Below, one piece after another: positions 7,644-15,069 of a stretch of 15,117 nt of DNA. Within the stretch, counting starts at the first letter, position 1. Every line of letters starts with the position of its first letter. The translations under genes and the position numbers were made by a program. The notes beneath the pieces are model-generated. The model had not been told where the DNA came from. It ran no database searches and saw nothing but the letters and a program-made list of their open reading frames with translations. Origin of the DNA: a virus; the UHGV virus genome UHGV-1727645; one strand, written 5' to 3'.

Positions 7644-8186
7644 ATGTACCAGCTAAAGATAACCATCCGAGACAGCAAACCACCTATATGGCGGCGTGTG
7701 CTGGTTCCAGAGCAAATCCCCTTTAGTAAACTTCATGCCGTGATCCAGTTAGCTTTTGGCTGGAATGACGAACACCTGTATATGTTCGAGAAAGGGCGTA
7801 AAGGTGATCCAGGTAGCGAGTATCGCGTATGGGGTGAGGATGAAAGCATGGGTAACGCGGCAATCACGCCACTATGGGCGGCGCTCCAGAATGAGGGTGA
7901 CAAGCTGGTTTACACGTATGACTTTGGCGACTGGTGGGATTGCGTCATTGTGCTGGAGAAGCAAACACACGATACGAGTAATCAGCCCATTAGCTGCCTG
8001 CGTGGGAAAGGCACCACCCCGGCGGAAAACTCAGGCGGCTTGCATGGTTACAATGAATTGCTATTACAGGCCAGAGAGTCTGATAATCCTGAGCAGGCCG
8101 AGATCCACAATTTCCTGATGCTGGATATTGAACGCCGGGTTTACGACCTGAGCCGCATCAACGACAGATTGCAGGCTATTAACTGA
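7644..8186 (+). CDS. pRiA4b ORF3-family protein (PF07929-like), 180 aa
   Basis: N-terminus YQLKITIRDSKPPIWRRVLVPEQIPFSKLHAVIQLAFGWNDEHLYMF and later YDFGDWWD match the characteristic pRiA4b ORF-3 motifs (Y-x-L-K, P-P-I-W-R-R, L-H-x-x-I-Q-x-A-x-G-W, H-L-x-x-F, YDFGD-W). SD CAGGA 5 nt upstream. Confidence 0.8.
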   Translation: MYQLKITIRDSKPPIWRRVLVPEQIPFSKLHAVIQLAFGWNDEHLYMFEKGRKGDPGSEYRVWGEDESMGNAAITPLWAALQNEGDKLVYTYDFGDWWDCVIVLEKQTHDTSNQPISCLRGKGTTPAENSGGLHGYNELLLQARESDNPEQAEIHNFLMLDIERRVYDLSRINDRLQAIN

Positions 8187-8538
8187 CCCGCATGTATTCA
8201 CCTGATATTGCGTTGTCAGCGCCGCCAGTATCGCGCATAACAGCGCACTGACCGGGTAAACCGTAGCGCACGACCGTTGCGTTAGTATCACCGCCACGCT
8301 TTACCTGCCGCGATTCATACACTGTCACCCGCTCAAGCAGTCCACCAGCAACCATGCTTTCCAGTGTGCGCCGGGTTGATTCGAGCTGGTGACGCTTATC
8401 GAACGACACCATGCCATGAAGCAGGTAGGCCACACCCGACACATCGAACGGCGGCGCACCAATCTCACCAGTCACCCATTCGAGGTTATCCGGTTCAAAG
8501 TAGCTAAGTATCTCTTTTTTGCGACTGGTCATTCTCAT
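8179..8538 (-). CDS. Hypothetical protein (119 aa), convergent with and overlapping the pRiA4b ORF3 gene by 8 bp
   Basis: Uninterrupted ORF with plausible composition and SD-like AAGGAA upstream; no motif recognised. Confidence 0.55.
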   Translation of the reverse strand: MRMTSRKKEILSYFEPDNLEWVTGEIGAPPFDVSGVAYLLHGMVSFDKRHQLESTRRTLESMVAGGLLERVTVYESRQVKRGGDTNATVVRYGLPGQCAVMRDTGGADNAISGEYMRVS

Positions 8539-9065
8539 GGCTGGCTGATTCCTTATTGTGGGATAGCACTATCATACAATAAGTGGGTTAAAGGGAGAGC
8601 GTTACCGCCTGATATGCTGTATGAATAACAACCAAATTTCAGGTGCGGAAAAAGATATGGGGGTACTTTTGGGGGTATCTATAAAAAATGAACAATAAAA
8701 AAGGCAACAAAAACAAAGCTTATCGCCTATGTGTATTGTTCCTATTATCGCACCATTTAAATCAATAAGTTAGATAAGTGTGTGCCTAGATTTTCTTGCA
8801 GTTTGTCATTTGGGTACACACAGGGGACACAAAGCACAAAAGTGTGTACATTTGGTTTTGGTGTCCTCGTGTTTACTTCTTACCGTTGATATAAATTCAC
8901 TTTCTTGTTGACAAAAATTGTAAGCATGTCGAATGGCAATGTAGACATCGCTATTAGTTGTTTGGTAAGGTATTTATTGAGTGTAAACATAAAAACTTTA
9001 TCAATATATGCTCAGACTGATGAGGTCAGTATTGATACTGATGTTTTCAAATTTTAGGCCATAAA

Positions 9066-9662
9066 ATGGCTGTCATTCCAATGTCTTACTCCCCTGCTAC
9101 TGTAGCTCGTCGTTTTTCGATACTGGATGGAGTAACTATTCAGGGTGTACTTTACCAGATCATCTGGGATCCAAAGACTCCGTTCGCTGCGGTAATCGAA
9201 GCTGCACCTTCTGTTATTGATGGTGATATTCGCCATAAGGTTGTTGCCACTCTGGAGCTTCAGCGTCGTTCACAGCTTGAAGGGGTGTTTGTCCGGAAAT
9301 TCTGGGAAGAACAGGACGTTGCTCAGATTGAAGGGATTGTTGTCGATGGTGCTGTACGTGATGTTAGCCTTGCTACGTTTGTTTATGAAACAATAGCCAC
9401 AAAAGCAGGCGTTATACTATTAAGTGATAACGAGCAATATGAAGGAGGTAAAGCCCTCTGGCAGCATATAGCGCGTCGTTCAACGAATCTTAAGGTGTTT
9501 ATCTTAGATACAGATTCCGCACGGTATTATCCGTTTGATGGTGATCGGATCTGCTATGATGGGGAAAGTATTCCTGAATCAGAAATCTGGAGTGAACATC
9601 CTGATCGAAACAAACACGGTGTTGTTCTTGTGGCCGAATCTGTTAATGGAAAAGCCGCATAA
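9066..9662 (+). CDS. Hypothetical protein (198 aa), function unknown
   Basis: Longest ORF in this interval, preceded by a 527-bp AT-rich intergenic region; weak SD; no motif recognised. Confidence 0.55.
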   Translation: MAVIPMSYSPATVARRFSILDGVTIQGVLYQIIWDPKTPFAAVIEAAPSVIDGDIRHKVVATLELQRRSQLEGVFVRKFWEEQDVAQIEGIVVDGAVRDVSLATFVYETIATKAGVILLSDNEQYEGGKALWQHIARRSTNLKVFILDTDSARYYPFDGDRICYDGESIPESEIWSEHPDRNKHGVVLVAESVNGKAA

Positions 9663-9721
9663 TTTGCCAGCCGCATCGTGTTCTTGGAACTCTGACAGAC
9701 CTGAGAGTTGGCAGAATAAAC

Positions 9722-9747
9722 AGGGGATAACAGAACGGTTATCCCCT
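9722..9747. terminator. Perfect 10-bp stem hairpin (AGGGGATAAC-agaacg-GTTATCCCCT) between convergent genes; likely bidirectional terminator
   Basis: Lies between the stop of the 198-aa gene (9662) and the stop of the minus-strand gene (9755); on the minus strand it is followed by GTTTATTCTG. Confidence 0.55.
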
Positions 9748-9754
9748 CAGTACT

Positions 9755-10807
9755 CTACTGCTCGATCAAACATTTGCTCCATAAAGGTTGGATCGCATGT
9801 CGATCTTTGCTGTAGGGGAATCTTTTATTTTTTTTCTTCTGTTCCATCAGTAATGTGTCGATTTCGTTGTTGACAATGCGCGTCACAGCGTGACGATAAC
9901 GGTTTAGCGATGTATCACTGATATCCTGAGGCAGGCATAAACTGGTATCGGTTTTGATGCGTTCATTTATGCCATCTTTAACTTTCCATTTCAGACCATC
10001 CGGAACCCCTTCCTGCAAATCATAGGCTTTCAGTCCCGCAAGTCGTACAACAACGTCAATCTTCTCTGTTCGTATTTTTTTATTACTTACCAACAAAACT
10101 TTATTAGTTTCATACCATTTTTCAAATGATTCCAGCCGTTTTACTGCATTTATGATGTTATTCCGAATTCCAGAAAATTCAATAGAATCTGTGTGTTTCA
10201 TTTTCTTTTCTTCAGCATTAGGGGCTATTCCTGGATAGTCAATATCATGCTTTACTGACTCCAGATATGCATATTGCAGGCAGCCTGAAAGATGAATTGC
10301 GGCATCCTGCAGAGTATTAGTGCGAATCAATCTAAGGAGTTCATCTCGTTGTATGGTTATCTGACAATAATCCCTTTCCCATGCGGTCGTATTCTCGGTT
10401 TTTTCATCTTTATCCGGAGTAACTGTTGCGAATTTCCATGTGTACTGGATGAAATCTGTTGGTTTAAAATACGCCATGCTTGTTTTTACCCAACCACAGA
10501 TTTCAGCTGCATAAATATGGACATAAATATTGTACATTGTCTGTATTTCACGCTGACTGGCGACTGAAAACATATTTTTTACGAATTCTGTACATCCGAT
10601 TATCGATAGTCGTTCTCTCAGTCTGTGCACATCTTCAGTATCTGACTTCCTGCAGTCCCAGGGCCATTTGTTCTTATTCTCAAAACAGGAAAGCCATTCT
10701 GGAATATTTTGCTTATTCTGGTAGAATTCGTTAACCGCCAGACCAATGGTTATGGCAAGTATTGTTGATTCATCTATTTCATGATACTGCTTCAGGTGTG
10801 CCAGCAA
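9755..10807 (-). CDS. Hypothetical Lys/Asn/Ile-rich protein; C-terminal 350 codons of a ~543-codon reading frame interrupted by one in-frame TAA (probable pseudogene or base-call error)
   Basis: ORF-track start is TTG 10807 with no SD; the frame is open upstream through 10808-11002 (65 codons, no stop, no start codon) to the TAA at 11003-11005 that ends the 127-aa ORF, which is in the same frame. Confidence 0.6.
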   Translation of the reverse strand: MLAHLKQYHEIDESTILAITIGLAVNEFYQNKQNIPEWLSCFENKNKWPWDCRKSDTEDVHRLRERLSIIGCTEFVKNMFSVASQREIQTMYNIYVHIYAAEICGWVKTSMAYFKPTDFIQYTWKFATVTPDKDEKTENTTAWERDYCQITIQRDELLRLIRTNTLQDAAIHLSGCLQYAYLESVKHDIDYPGIAPNAEEKKMKHTDSIEFSGIRNNIINAVKRLESFEKWYETNKVLLVSNKKIRTEKIDVVVRLAGLKAYDLQEGVPDGLKWKVKDGINERIKTDTSLCLPQDISDTSLNRYRHAVTRIVNNEIDTLLMEQKKKNKRFPYSKDRHAIQPLWSKCLIEQ

Positions 10808-11002
10808 CTCTGAGGTGCAGGAGTGCGCAACAGACAGATCCTGATGGCAATACCCCTGCCGGGCTTCTGCTGGAATTGGTGAACTCCAAGCTTTACATTC
10901 AGTCAGAATATTAAATAAATCATCTCCTACAAACTTTGCCAGTTCAGGTGTTTTCCAGGTTCTCGGTCCTGGGCTGATAAAGGTTGATGTTGTCTGTACC
11001 TC

Positions 11003-11386
11003 TTACATCGCCCCCCAGGTTTTCAGACTGATATTTCCTTCATCAAAACCATTGTATAAATGGCACATCACATTAAGCGCATCTGTAAGAGCAGAAGGAG
11101 TGGGTTGGGGGGAGGTAGACTCTTCAATAGTAAGCTTTGGTTCTTCAGCGCTTCTTTGTTCTCTAAAGATTCTCAGGAGCTCTGTATTGGCACGTAATGC
11201 AGAGAGTACTCTGTGCTGTTCTTCAAACCAGGGGCGATATTCTGGATCCTGATATAGTTGACGTGCTTTAAAAATGAGCAAAAGGATTTGTTCGGAAACC
11301 GCCTCGTATATGCCAGGGAAAGGGTGGAGTTCGCCGGATAAAACACGATCATACTGATACTTTTGTTGCATTGTCCGAGTTACCAT
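11003..11386 (-). CDS. N-terminal 127 codons of the same interrupted ~543-codon reading frame; function unknown
   Basis: Ends at TAA (plus 11003-11005), in frame with the downstream 350-codon ORF; upstream is a 690-bp AT-rich divergent intergenic region. Confidence 0.55.
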   Translation of the reverse strand: MVTRTMQQKYQYDRVLSGELHPFPGIYEAVSEQILLLIFKARQLYQDPEYRPWFEEQHRVLSALRANTELLRIFREQRSAEEPKLTIEESTSPQPTPSALTDALNVMCHLYNGFDEGNISLKTWGAM

Positions 11387-11689
11387 GATGTCAGAAGTTT
11401 CTGCTTGCTACATATTGGTCCGCTGTCAGACAGAATCGATGTTGTCCACTGAAATGAAACGTTAATCCTGAGCCAGCCGCTGATTACGTGGATAGCTTGT
11501 GTACATTTGTTTATATCCTGAGATTTTATACATTATTTACGATAATTTTCTCCTGATTGTGATTGTCTCCGTCAGTTACCTCTGCGTCTTCTGTATAAGC
11601 GTATTTGCTTCATTTTCCGATCATTCGTAGCCTGCTTCTGTCTGTTCAGCAACAGATTGTCTTTTCCTCCGCTTGTTGTAGCTTATTTT

Positions 11690-11705
11690 TGTGATGATTA
11701 TCACA
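11690..11705. promoter_or_regulatory. Perfect CRP-type consensus TGTGA-N6-TCACA (TGTGATGATTATCACA)
   Basis: Both half-sites match the cAMP receptor protein consensus exactly, with the canonical 6-bp spacer, flanked by AT-rich DNA, in the divergent intergenic region between the interrupted gene and the second alpA-like gene. Confidence 0.45.
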
Positions 11706-12076
11706 AATTAGATGGAAATATTTCACCTTCCTGCGACTCCTCCATGCTTTGTTTGAATTTTACATGGATTTATTTATATATCCCAACCTAATTTTAGTCA
11801 ACAAAAATCGTCATAATGGATTTTTAATATTAATTTTTGTTTTTATTGGTCGCGGCTTGTTTTTATTTGGTTCTATATGTCTTTATTTTTTCTATTAAAA
11901 GCCATTTTAACATTGCAATTCAGTATTTTGACCTATAAAAATCATAGTATTACATTTTATTTGTAAGGTGTTGACTGGATGAATGATAGTGACTTTCACT
12001 CATTGTTTATCCGGGAAACTTAGTCATTTCATGCTCATGCCGGAAATAAAAAGTATTGATATATCAGGAGGGTAGT

Positions 12077-12304
12077 ATGTGGCTTCCATTAACAGATGAA
12101 CAGCGTCTGGTCATTTTGAAAGCTTATGGGATTGAATGCGACAGACTGGTACGTGAAAAGGAACGATATGAGATCACGTCAATTTCTCGTACACAAGCGT
12201 GGAAACTTGAACGGGAGGGAACATTTCCACCACGTAAGTCTATCGGAAAGAAATCTTGCGGATGGTTGTTAAGTGACCTTCTCTGCTGGATACAGACCAG
12301 ATGA
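12077..12304 (+). CDS. AlpA-family regulator with about 30-aa N-terminal extension (75 aa from ATG 12077)
   Basis: C-terminal half ITSISRTQAWKLEREGTFPPRKSIGKKSCGWLLSDLLCWI fits the AlpA HTH pattern; SD AGGAGG 5 nt before ATG 12077 (ORF-track start TTG 12056 lies upstream of the SD). Confidence 0.7.
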   Translation: MWLPLTDEQRLVILKAYGIECDRLVREKERYEITSISRTQAWKLEREGTFPPRKSIGKKSCGWLLSDLLCWIQTR

Positions 12305-12334
12305 ACTGTCTGTATTTTCAGTATATCCAGTCTG

Positions 12335-12377
12335 TATAGCAGCTATTGTTGCTATTGTAGCGGAAATAGCTGCTATA
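12335..12377. promoter_or_regulatory. Inverted repeat TATAGCAGCTATT-(17 nt)-AATAGCTGCTATA in the leader of the YfjI-like gene fragment
   Basis: 13-bp perfect arms; a weaker AGCAGC...GCTGCT counterpart is seen at the equivalent position upstream of the full copy (about 12805-12850). Confidence 0.45.
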
Positions 12378-12409
12378 ACCGAAAGTTATTACGAAAAAAG
12401 GAAATATTT

Positions 12410-12637
12410 ATGTCTTACATCAAACCGGATACTCCGCATCCAGTATATGCGCAACCATCAATGACTGGAAATGCAATAATTGAAACTCAACACAATGAAA
12501 AAGCATCTCTGGCTATGACTACAACATCATTATTAACAGCGATGTCAATTGCCTGTCAGAATCAGATTGAGGTGTGCAACCCCGGAAATTTACGTGGGCC
12601 CGTTAATATTTACACTATGGTTCTGGCTGATTCCTGA
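12410..12637 (+). pseudogene. Truncated duplicate of the 5' end of the YfjI/DUF3987-like gene (75 codons)
   Basis: Product aligns by eye with the N-terminus of the 12886 gene (NAIIETQ..LAM..TS.LTA.SIACQNQI.VC.PGNLRGPVN.Y...LADS), then hits a stop where the full copy continues (GATTCCTGAGAAAGG versus GATTCTGGTGAAAGG). Confidence 0.6.
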
Positions 12638-12885
12638 GAAAGGTAAAAGACCGGGGGGAAGGTGTTAGTGAAATAATTTTAGGAGGTGTTAAGAATGAGA
12701 AACATGAATGATATTTCGTGGTAAATAACACAGTATGAACTGAATTAACCTTATCGGTTTATTAAACATCAGATCTACAGATATTCTGTATTTCTCAGAA
12801 CATTAGGTCTGAACAGCAGCTATTTCGCTATTATAGCGGGAGTTGCTGCTACTTTACTAACCCATTAATGAAAAGAGAGGCTTTT

Positions 12886-13890
12886 ATGTGCTTACTTGCA
12901 CCAGAAAATCCTTATCCGATATATGCACTACCACCGCTGGTGAGAAATGCAATAATTGAAACTCAAAAAAATACACAGGCACCTTTGGCTATGGTGGCGA
13001 CATCCGCATTAACAGCGATCTCAATTGCCTGTCAGAATCAGATTGACGTGTGCAGACCTGGAAATTTACGTGGGCCTGTTAATCTTTACTCTCTGATTCT
13101 GGCTGATTCTGGTGAAAGGAAAACGACCGTGGATAAAGTGTTTATGAAAGCATTTTATCTCAGCGATGAAGCCCTCGCGGAAGAATACGCGAAACTGGTT
13201 GAGAATTACAGCACAGAAAAGGCAATATGGGAGCAAAAACAAAAAGCGCTGGAATCAAAATTTCATAAAGAGATTCGTGCCGGTAAAGATTACAAGGCAA
13301 CAGAATCAGAGCTTGAAACGCATCTGAATAAGTCTCCTGTTCCGCCGCAGATACGTCGAACAATTTTTAATGAGACAACTATAGAGGGAATGTTAAAATA
13401 TTACTCCGATAGCAATCGTTCTTTTGCTCTTGTATCCAGTGAAGGGGGGGTAATTTTTGACAGCCGGGCCATGAGTAAACTGGGAATTATTAACACTTTG
13501 TGGGATGGAGGTTCTCTTTTCATCGACAGGAAATCATCTCCCGGAATTAATTTGAAGGAGCCAAGACTGACGATGTCGGCGATGATTCAGCCTGATGTTT
13601 ACCACAAAGGTTTTTGTACGCGAAAAAAAGAACTTGTGAAAACGTCAGGACATCATGCAAGGTTTTTGATGTGTCAACCAACATCAACGCAGGGGACAAG
13701 GATAATAACCGGAGATAATTATTCATCACAGTATCAGGATTTGTTTGAACAGAGGATCAATGAGCTTATTGATGAAAGTCTGGCGATGAGTGGTGAACGA
13801 CGTTGCCTTCACTTTTCTCCTCAGGCTGCCAGAATCTGGACGGATTATTACAATGATGTGGAATCGAGCTGGGGGGATTGGGGCCTTTAA
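12886..13890 (+). CDS. YfjI/DUF3987-like protein, N-terminal part (frameshifted gene); family name tentative
   Basis: Start set at ATG 12886 (SD AGAGAGG 5 nt upstream; matches the start of the duplicated fragment) rather than ORF-track ATG 12868. The gene follows an AlpA gene, as in CP4-57-type elements. Frame ends at TAA 13888-13890, just after a G6 run. Confidence 0.65.
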   Translation: MCLLAPENPYPIYALPPLVRNAIIETQKNTQAPLAMVATSALTAISIACQNQIDVCRPGNLRGPVNLYSLILADSGERKTTVDKVFMKAFYLSDEALAEEYAKLVENYSTEKAIWEQKQKALESKFHKEIRAGKDYKATESELETHLNKSPVPPQIRRTIFNETTIEGMLKYYSDSNRSFALVSSEGGVIFDSRAMSKLGIINTLWDGGSLFIDRKSSPGINLKEPRLTMSAMIQPDVYHKGFCTRKKELVKTSGHHARFLMCQPTSTQGTRIITGDNYSSQYQDLFEQRINELIDESLAMSGERRCLHFSPQAARIWTDYYNDVESSWGDWGL

Positions 13891-14318
13891 GACATTGCCG
13901 GGAATATGCTGCTAAAAATGCAGAGTATATGGCAAGACTGGCAGGACTTATTTACCATTCGAGCGGTGAGGAGGGGGAGATTTCCCCTTACATTGCAGAA
14001 ATGGCGAGAGAATTAGCAATATGGTACGGTAATGAGTATGTGCGGTTGTCTAATCCGTTAACTTTTGACAACCCTGCCCTGACCGTACCTGTGCGACTCA
14101 TTCCAGAGGAGCTTGAACTTTTCAACTGGATAAAAAGCTATTGCATTGAGAAGGGGATCCTCTGTATGAAAAAAAATGACATTTTACAGCGTGGTCCGAA
14201 CCGTTTCCGGAAAAAGGATAAAATCAACTGGTTACTGGATTTACTGTATGAACAAAACAGAGTTGTACCGGTTATTGAGGGAAAAACGTTGTGTGTCGCA
14301 CCTAACTTTGACCTCTGA
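13878..14318 (+). CDS. C-terminal part of the same YfjI/DUF3987-like gene in the +1 frame (146 codons)
   Basis: Overlaps the upstream ORF by 13 nt; one extra G in the G6 run at 13871-13876 would fuse both ORFs into one frame of about 486 codons. Confidence 0.6.
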   Translation: MGPLRHCREYAAKNAEYMARLAGLIYHSSGEEGEISPYIAEMARELAIWYGNEYVRLSNPLTFDNPALTVPVRLIPEELELFNWIKSYCIEKGILCMKKNDILQRGPNRFRKKDKINWLLDLLYEQNRVVPVIEGKTLCVAPNFDL

Positions 14319-14342
14319 ACAACTTAATCGTTGACTAACATA

Positions 14343-14373
14343 TAGTCTCCTCTGCTACTTGCGGAGGAGACTA
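14343..14373 (+). terminator. Hairpin TAGTCTCCTC-(11 nt)-GAGGAGACTA about 25 nt after the YfjI-like stop
   Basis: 10-bp perfect stem; no clear U-tract, so the terminator assignment is tentative. Confidence 0.4.
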
Positions 14374-14579
14374 ATGCCTTTACCATGTCAGCGTTGTATT
14401 AGAAAACTCTGGTACAGGTCAGTCAGTAAATATAACTGGTGTAACCACTATTTACTATTGGATATCCTGTTGCTCAGGATATTGTCGGCTTTAGTCTGAG
14501 GTGAGGTGGGGCCTTCATTGTTTTCGTGTTCAATAAATAATTTAGGTTAATTAGTATTATTAATGGGAGTTATGGTATT

Positions 14580-14669
14580 GTGTGGTGGTATCTGTGGTAT
14601 AACTTATCTCTTTTTATCGTAATGTCTCCCCATATACTAACTACAGTGTGGTGGTGTATGTGGTGTAAA
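14580..14669 (+). repeat. Two imperfect direct repeats GTGTGGTGGTATCTGTGGTATAA / GTGTGGTGGTGTATGTGGTGTAAA (14580-14602, 14646-14669)
   Basis: About 20 of 23 positions identical, each followed by a related ..CGTAAT.. segment; in AT-rich non-coding DNA. Confidence 0.6.
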
Positions 14670-15043
14670 TTATGTTACTACACTCATAGCGTAATATTGA
14701 GAAAATTAATCCATAGAATGTATGTCTGGTTCGTATTTAACACTGGTTAGGTACCAGAACTCTATTAGAGTGTAGTGTCTTTAGTTCGTACGTCATAGCT
14801 CCGTTACAGTTTATAAGTATGGGTAAATATAATTTTTTCTGTATGGAATAATCTTCTTATGGTGTGTGGGGTATCAATAGCGGTGTTGCCTGTGGCTATT
14901 CGATAGCTGACTTTTGTGAAGATCAGATTACTTCCTGTAAGTGATTGAATGGTACTTCCTTAAACTTAATTCTATGAGGTGTGTTTTTGCCATTGTAATT
15001 CTTACTAGTCCTCTGTTTAAGAGAGCCTCACTGTATTCTGAAG

Positions 15044-15069
15044 TATTACCTCATTGTAATGAGGTAATA
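15044..15069. repeat. 26-bp palindrome TATTACCTCATT-GT-AATGAGGTAATA
   Basis: 12-bp perfect inverted arms with 2-bp centre, read directly. Confidence 0.6.

Larger units (their letters stand above)
5898..14318. mobile_element. Mosaic of P4/CP4-57-like integrative-element modules (two alpA, perC-like, paired small genes, yfjI-like) with cargo; boundaries not determinable, no integrase in window
   Basis: Co-occurrence of AlpA, PerC-like, paired small genes and an alpA-followed-by-yfjI arrangement; AT-rich intergenic blocks; duplicated and decayed gene copies. Confidence 0.4.

Noticed and set aside
7756-8628. ORFs 7756..8118 (+), 8064..8297 (-) and 8389..8628 (+)
   Set aside because: Alternative-frame or antisense ORFs overlapping the pRiA4b ORF3 gene or the 119-aa gene; Arg/Cys-rich composition and no RBS.
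9535-11252. ORFs 9535..9873 (+), 10292..10567 (+), 10480..10734 (+), 11052..11252 (+)
   Set aside because: Antisense to or overlapping the long minus-strand reading frame or the 198-aa gene; Cys/Phe-rich shadow frames.
12273-12464. ORF 12273..12464 (+)
   Set aside because: Overlaps the alpA-like 3' end and the inverted-repeat leader in another frame; the better-supported gene fragment starts at 12410 with an SD.
12695-12724. 9-codon mini-ORF with perfect AGGAGG Shine-Dalgarno
   Set aside because: Lies within the decayed part of the duplicated yfjI-like fragment; the equivalent region of the intact copy is coding in a different register, so the SD-ATG pairing is probably fortuitous.
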